Origin: Candidatus Latescibacterota bacterium
GTDB lineage: Bacteria > Latescibacterota > UBA2968
Reading direction: 5' to 3'
Length of the DNA stretch: 64,000 bases
NCBI GenBank assembly: GCA_965207885.1
Contig: OZ242311.1
Span: forward strand, 2,528,001 to 2,592,000
Positions 58,579 through 64,000 of this stretch are shown here, in pieces; the stretch's first letter is position 1; each line of letters opens with the position of its first letter. Both the position numbers and the translations under genes were made by a program. The notes under the pieces were generated by a model that was given only the letters and a program-made list of their open reading frames with translations, did no database searches and was not told the origin of the DNA.

Positions 58579-61041
58579 TTAGTTGCTTTTGAAAGGGTCG
58601 CTCAAAACAACGAGGGTGATAAGATCGCGCAGGCCCTTATTTTTTTCCTGTACATCTCGAACGATTGCATCAATCCCCGGTCGATCAGTAATTCCCAACT
58701 CGCGACCAATCGCATAGGTCAACAATTTTTCTGTCAGACAACGCGTGAATTCTGCGTGACGCTTTGCCATTAACTTGCGAAATTCGACGAAGGATTGAAA
58801 GGTCTCTCCACTCGGCAATTGTCCCGAGGGATCAATCGCTGCGCTTCTGGTATAGTGGGTTCGCCAGCCGCCGATCGCGTCAAAGTTTTCCAGCGCGAAA
58901 CCAGGGGGATCGATTTTGTTATGGCATTGGGCGCAGGTCGGCATCTCGCGGTGCTTGACCAGTTGATCTCTGACAGTCGTTGCGCCGCGCGTGTCTGGCT
59001 CAATTTCGGGCACATCGTCTGGCGGTGGCGGCGGTGTGTATCCCAGCACATTTTCCAGCACATAAATCCCGCGCACCACGGGCGAAGTATCTACGCCATT
59101 GGCTGAAGCCATGAGGAAACTGCCCTGGCCCATCAAACCACCGCGTGGTGTCCCGGTGAGCGAAATCCGGCGGAAATGATCGCCTTCAATACCTTCTATC
59201 CCATAATGCCGGGCGAGTTCTCGATTGAGAAAGGAATAATCAGCAGAGAGAAATTCGCGAGGCGAGAGATTGTTGTCGAGTACGTGCCGGAAAAACGTCT
59301 CTGTTTCAGTCACCATAGCAGGGCCGAGGTTGTCGCGAAAATAGACTCTAAAATCCGGGGACGGTGGCATCTCTCCAATATTGTCATAGTGGAGCCACAC
59401 GCGAATGAAATTTTTAACAAAGCGGTGCGATTTTGTGTCTTTGAGCATGCGATGGATCTGCTTACTGAGCGTGGCCGGGTCGCTTAGTTTTTTCTTTTGA
59501 GCAAGTGCTATCAGTTCATCATCTGGTGCAGAAGACCACAGAAAATAGGATAATCGAGCCGCCAGAGAATAATCATCCAGAGCACCCTCGCCTTCATGCA
59601 AAAACAGAAACGCAGGCGAACTGAGAATGGTCTGAAAACCCAGCTGTAATGCGGTTAACGGCTCCATGCCATTGCGGAGTTTTTCATGCGCAAGCGATTC
59701 AAATGGTGCCAGTTCTCCGGGCCGCAAGGGCCTGCGAAAAGCGGTTGTGGCAAATGCACGCAGACGCTCCGAAATACGCTTCTGGTCCAGATCCTCAGGT
59801 TTTAGGTCGCCATACATCAACTGATGTCCGCGTGGAGGCCAGTCTTTCTCTTGAGGACCACTAACCTGAATTTCCCAAACCCTTAGCTTAGGCCCGCGGT
59901 AAACCTTTAGCAGCGCGTGATTTCTTTTATTTCCCGCTTTCTGATCCACGAAGGGCAGGATTTCGGGTTTTGGATTTTTTGCCTTAGTAAGTTTGCGAAC
60001 CAGGGCTTTGGTTGCCAGCGTTCCATTGCGGAAACGAACCTCAGGCTCAAATCCTTTTTCCAGATAGACATCCCATTCAAACCACTGAGGCTCTTCACGG
60101 GTCAGTTCAACAGTTGCAAGCGTGTATTCGCGAGTAATATTGCCCGTGCTCACTACACTGCCTTTGCGATCTACAGCCGCTAACTCCAGCACAAGCGGGT
60201 CGCCTGTGGGAAAATCGTTGAGTTCTCTGTCATAATGGTGATTGCGATCAATTGCTGCCGCCTGTACCCTTATGGTGTAGGTACCACTGACAGGGGCGCC
60301 ACCATTCGCCAGCGGGTAAAAGCCAATATGACCACCGCGGTAGTGACGTCCAGTGAGATCATCGTATCCCGTATCGGATACAAACCGAAAGCGATCCTCT
60401 CTAAAAACCTTGGGCAAGGACAAGGAATTGGCCTGTTTGTTTGTAAAATAGAAGGGTGATTCTTGCACGTAATTTTGGGCTTCGGGTTTGGCTTCAAAAT
60501 GCGTGGCACGTGTGACGGCTTCTTCAGCAACACGCAAATAGTGATCGAGCAACATGCCCGACGTGACAAGCCCGGCAGCATTGTTATCAAAGCCCTTGAC
60601 CTTCACTTCGGGCGGAAAATCTTCCGTTGGATCCCAGGCCTCCATATTCAGACCGAGTAAATCGCCGAGTGTCTGGCGATATTCCCAGGCGTTGAGCCGC
60701 CTCAAAGGTGTGTGCTGTCCTTTGCCCGACAATCGCATACGCGCTTCAGCAATTGATGCTGTAATCACCTGAACAGTGGCGAGTACCTCATCTTTACCCG
60801 GCTGCATCTGGCGCTTTGGTGGCATCAACTGCAGGTTGAGCTGATCGACAATATCCTGCCAGAGTTCTAATTCTTTGAAATCGGCAATTGTCTCGGAAAA
60901 CTGATCAAAGCGCCGATCGGCTTTTTGCACGCTTGAACCGTGACATTTGACACAATATTGTGTGAGAAATGCCCTGGGCAGTTCTGCCCAGACAGAATGG
61001 GCGAATAGGGTGGAGACAATGACCATCAAAATCCGTTTCAT
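58579..61041 (-). CDS. Planctomycete-type DUF1592/DUF1588 (PSD) cytochrome c domain protein
   Basis: Signal peptide; heme motifs CVKCH and CAQCH; LAARLSYFLWSSAPD and TSPVVRG motifs. Confidence 0.9.
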   Translation of the reverse strand: MKRILMVIVSTLFAHSVWAELPRAFLTQYCVKCHGSSVQKADRRFDQFSETIADFKELELWQDIVDQLNLQLMPPKRQMQPGKDEVLATVQVITASIAEARMRLSGKGQHTPLRRLNAWEYRQTLGDLLGLNMEAWDPTEDFPPEVKVKGFDNNAAGLVTSGMLLDHYLRVAEEAVTRATHFEAKPEAQNYVQESPFYFTNKQANSLSLPKVFREDRFRFVSDTGYDDLTGRHYRGGHIGFYPLANGGAPVSGTYTIRVQAAAIDRNHHYDRELNDFPTGDPLVLELAAVDRKGSVVSTGNITREYTLATVELTREEPQWFEWDVYLEKGFEPEVRFRNGTLATKALVRKLTKAKNPKPEILPFVDQKAGNKRNHALLKVYRGPKLRVWEIQVSGPQEKDWPPRGHQLMYGDLKPEDLDQKRISERLRAFATTAFRRPLRPGELAPFESLAHEKLRNGMEPLTALQLGFQTILSSPAFLFLHEGEGALDDYSLAARLSYFLWSSAPDDELIALAQKKKLSDPATLSKQIHRMLKDTKSHRFVKNFIRVWLHYDNIGEMPPSPDFRVYFRDNLGPAMVTETETFFRHVLDNNLSPREFLSADYSFLNRELARHYGIEGIEGDHFRRISLTGTPRGGLMGQGSFLMASANGVDTSPVVRGIYVLENVLGYTPPPPPDDVPEIEPDTRGATTVRDQLVKHREMPTCAQCHNKIDPPGFALENFDAIGGWRTHYTRSAAIDPSGQLPSGETFQSFVEFRKLMAKRHAEFTRCLTEKLLTYAIGRELGITDRPGIDAIVRDVQEKNKGLRDLITLVVLSDPFKSN

Positions 61042-62291
61042 GAAATCTCCATCGCAGAAAAGGTCCCTGTGCTTTTGCCAAAGCTATCTCGTTCTACACC
61101 AAACCACTGCAAGGCGGAGAGCCAGAGATTTGACAGTGGGATCCGCTTGTGTGCTTCAGCAGGACACACGAGATGCCCCTGATGTTTCAAACCGCCTCCA
61201 GCGAGAATCACCGGCAAATTCCTGTTGGAATGCCTGGAGCCATCGCCCATGCCACTTCCCAGAACGACCAGCGTGTCGTCAAACACCTTTGCTTCTTTGA
61301 GGCGATCCAGAAACCGACCAAACTGAGTCAACAAATATTTTTCCACAATCTGCAGGTCTTTCAATCGCCCCTCGTCCTTGCCGTGATGCGAAAGGCCGTG
61401 ATATCCGCCAAGGTTGAGTTCGGATGTCTTAAAGCCCATGGGGATTTCAAAGGTTATGACCCGTGTCGAGTCTGTCTGTAATGCCAGTGTTAGCAGATCA
61501 TAAAAAAGCGGCATTTCCTCAATTTGCATCCGTTCGAGGTCTTCCACGGGTTCGATTGGAGATTCTGGCTTGGGTTTGTCGAGCCATTCGCGCGACATTT
61601 GCAAACGACGCTCGACATCGCGCACCGAAGTCAGGTATTGATCGAGCTTTCCGCGATCCGCCGCATTCAACTGTCCATCGAGTGTTTTTGCCGACGCGAG
61701 TAAGGCGTCGAGCACACTGCCCCGATTTGATAGCGTACGACGCTCTGCGTTTCGCATAGCCTCATCATTCTGTACAAACAAAGCCTGAAAAATGCGGGCG
61801 GGATTGTTAATCGGTGCCACATTTACGCCAGACCGCGTCCATACCATGTCTGTCCCCCCGCCCAGTCCTGCAGTAATTGAGGGAAAGCGCGTTGTACTGC
61901 CCACGTGCTCAGCCGCGACCTGGTCCAGCGTCATATTCTTTTCGGGAAAACCTGCGGCTTCTTCCTTGCGTATGCTGCTCAGAAATACATGTACGCCGGA
62001 GTGTCCACCGCCCGTACCGTGATCGAGATTTGAAAAGATAGTAAAATCATTTCGGTGTGAATCGATATACTTCAGCGTCAGGCTCGTCTCATAGTCCTTG
62101 CCGGACTGCTCGGGAAAAAATCCGCCCGGCCAAAATCCCAGATGATTGCCCACGCAGACCAGGCGCCTCGGATTTGCCGCACCGTACACCATGCTGCTTT
62201 CTAAGAAGGGCAAAGATAGTGCTATGCCTGTGCCCTGTAAAAAGTGCCGACGATTAACCCTCGCTTGCAAAAGTTCAGAAATGACGTTCAT
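61038..62291 (-). CDS. DUF1552 (HXXSHH) protein
   Basis: Tat-like NRRHFL; HGLSHH and NLPVILAGG motifs. Confidence 0.9.
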   Translation of the reverse strand: MNVISELLQARVNRRHFLQGTGIALSLPFLESSMVYGAANPRRLVCVGNHLGFWPGGFFPEQSGKDYETSLTLKYIDSHRNDFTIFSNLDHGTGGGHSGVHVFLSSIRKEEAAGFPEKNMTLDQVAAEHVGSTTRFPSITAGLGGGTDMVWTRSGVNVAPINNPARIFQALFVQNDEAMRNAERRTLSNRGSVLDALLASAKTLDGQLNAADRGKLDQYLTSVRDVERRLQMSREWLDKPKPESPIEPVEDLERMQIEEMPLFYDLLTLALQTDSTRVITFEIPMGFKTSELNLGGYHGLSHHGKDEGRLKDLQIVEKYLLTQFGRFLDRLKEAKVFDDTLVVLGSGMGDGSRHSNRNLPVILAGGGLKHQGHLVCPAEAHKRIPLSNLWLSALQWFGVERDSFGKSTGTFSAMEIS

Positions 62292-62341
62292 GCCTTATCC
62301 TCTTCTATATAGGTTAAAATCTCTACGCCAAAATCTGTTCT

Positions 62342-62371
62342 AATATAGCAGGTAATCAAATCTTTTGTCAA
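62342..62371 (-). promoter_or_regulatory. Sigma70-type promoter
   Basis: TTGACA-18 bp-TATATT with TG extension, upstream of DUF1552. Confidence 0.65.
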
Positions 62372-62442
62372 GCCAACGATTGGTGTTTCTGCCTTGCGAT
62401 TCACTGGATTGATTTAGAGATGTGACATCATTGGATAGGGGG

Positions 62443-63441
62443 TCAGATTGTCGTTCTTCCCTGATACAGTAATGGATGTATGATCCCAATCGCGTCAATC
62501 TCAGACTGGAGATCGGCAGGGAGGGGACCACGCTCAATGGCGTCGATATTCAAATCGATTTCATGCGGATTTTTGAAGCCAGTTACGATACATTTGAGAC
62601 GTTGCTCAGGCAGTAGCCAGCGCAGGGTGAGTTCCGGCAACTCCAGGCCCGATGATGCCTGGATGTCCAGGTATTTGCAATACGCGCGGTGGAAACTTTC
62701 ATCCATCCATTCTGGCAGATGGTCACGCCACTCTGACTTGGCAACGGCAAGCCAGCCCTTCATAAACATCGCACCACCAACCACTCCTACGCCCTCTTCT
62801 TCGGTAAGGGGAAGCAGAAAGCGAGCAGCGTTGCGATAAATTGGATTGTATTGGTGTGCGACCATCATTGAATCCAGTTCAGTGGCGCTGACCAGCCGAG
62901 CAAGGCGTCGTGCATCTTTACCAGTGATGCCGATGAAGCGTGCCTTGCCTTGTTTCTTTGCAATGCGAAGAAACTCCAAACAAGGTGCCGCCGGAAAGTC
63001 ATACTCTTCCTCGTCTATGATCAGCGGTCCTCCGTGGGATATGGCAATCTCTTTAGGCACAGGATCATCTGACCACCACTTTCGCTGATCTGCCTCATGT
63101 AGCTGGATCAGATCTACATAGTCGGTCTGAAGCCTGCCCAGACTCTCTTCAAATTGTCGCATGAGAGAATTGACTGTGCGGTGTCCCCCGGGGTCTTCTA
63201 CACCACCTACCTTGGTCGCCAAGAATACCTTTTCCCGGCGACCACGCAATGCCTCACCTAACATACGCTCATCTTTGCCTTTGCCATAGGCGGCAGCCGT
63301 ATCGAAGTAATTGATCCCCCGGTCAACTGCCAGGGCAATACATTCGTTTACTCCCGGTTGGCCCTGGCCAGACATAAAAGCTGTGCCCAGGCCAAGTTCG
63401 CTGACATTCACTCCCGTATTTCCAAGTGCTCGACGCTTCAT
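62443..63441 (-). CDS. Aldo/keto reductase
   Basis: GINYFDTAAAYG, LATK and DYVDLIQLH motifs. Confidence 0.92.
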   Translation of the reverse strand: MKRRALGNTGVNVSELGLGTAFMSGQGQPGVNECIALAVDRGINYFDTAAAYGKGKDERMLGEALRGRREKVFLATKVGGVEDPGGHRTVNSLMRQFEESLGRLQTDYVDLIQLHEADQRKWWSDDPVPKEIAISHGGPLIIDEEEYDFPAAPCLEFLRIAKKQGKARFIGITGKDARRLARLVSATELDSMMVAHQYNPIYRNAARFLLPLTEEEGVGVVGGAMFMKGWLAVAKSEWRDHLPEWMDESFHRAYCKYLDIQASSGLELPELTLRWLLPEQRLKCIVTGFKNPHEIDLNIDAIERGPLPADLQSEIDAIGIIHPLLYQGRTTI

Positions 63442-63522
63442 ATAAATACCGTACTCCTTTCGCCGTCATGTTGCTTTTCTCGCATACACGCCGGTAGTCA
63501 AACATTGAACGGAATGACTCTG

Positions 63523-64000
63523 TCAATTCAAGTGGTTGTCCAGGAATCCCAATACTCTCGCGAAGGCGGCTTTCACTTGAGGGTCCCACCTGCGTCCGTC
63601 GAATCCGTGGCCGCCGCTCTCGATCGTGACCATCTCGTGGTCCACACCGGCCTCCTTCAGGCGGTTCTGCATACGCACAGACAGTTCGTATGGAACGTCG
63701 GTATCGTCTGTCCCGTGTAGCAGCAGCGTTGGCGGATAGTTCGCGTCGATGTTCTGATCTGGGCAGTAGGGGGTGAAAAACGCGGGATCCTTCGCAGGAT
63801 CGAAGCCGCTGACTTCGATCGGCCAGATGCCCTGTTGCCGCGTGTACAGATAGAACGTGCCTGGACGTCTGCCTTCCGAAATCGCTCTCGGCTCGATCTG
63901 CTCCATCGCCTCTTCGCGCCCGATATGCCGCTGCTTTAAGTAGAATGGGGACGGTTTTGAATACCACGAACCGATCAGATCTCCATATCCATAGAAGGAT
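63523..64000 (-). CDS. Alpha/beta hydrolase (partial, 5' end beyond window)
   Basis: PPTLLLHGTDDTDVP and GHGFD motifs; frame open to window edge. Confidence 0.8.
   Translation of the reverse strand, partial: SFYGYGDLIGSWYSKPSPFYLKQRHIGREEAMEQIEPRAISEGRRPGTFYLYTRQQGIWPIEVSGFDPAKDPAFFTPYCPDQNIDANYPPTLLLHGTDDTDVPYELSVRMQNRLKEAGVDHEMVTIESGGHGFDGRRWDPQVKAAFARVLGFLDNHLN

Noticed and set aside
1-64000. tRNA, rRNA or prophage
   Set aside because: No such signatures seen, and intergenic space is minimal.

Overview
Bacterial chromosomal window with no rRNA, tRNA, CRISPR array, integrase or reverse transcriptase visible. The gene content (DUF6785-type membrane protein, four PhyH dioxygenases, five sulfatase-superfamily genes) resembles marine or sponge-associated Latescibacterota/Poribacteria-like genomes, which is an inference. 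The left ~11.6 kb looks like ordinary host DNA: membrane protein, sulfatase-like gene, transaldolase, polyprenyl synthase, DUF1998 helicase, TonB receptor and oxidoreductase. From ~11.6 to ~52.3 kb lies an array of about 50 functionally unrelated single genes, all but one on the minus strand and tightly packed (GNAT, NUDIX, SAM-MTase, HIT, VOC, AAC(3), APH, serine hydrolases, PhyH and others). The array is bracketed by two toxin-antitoxin pairs. It has superintegron-like content but no repeated attC sites. Its junctions instead carry 5' stubs, internal pieces and 3' tails of other genes, three of which match genes elsewhere in the same array. It also contains a 13-bp stop+RBS direct repeat around one gene, a diverged duplicate gene and in-frame chimeras. 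This points to a possible attC-independent gene capture and shuffling system. An intact IS5-family element splits a NUDIX gene. The right end holds a sulfatase cluster, an IS200 remnant and a planctomycete-type DUF1552/DUF1592 pair. Family calls come from motif recognition only; no database searches were run.
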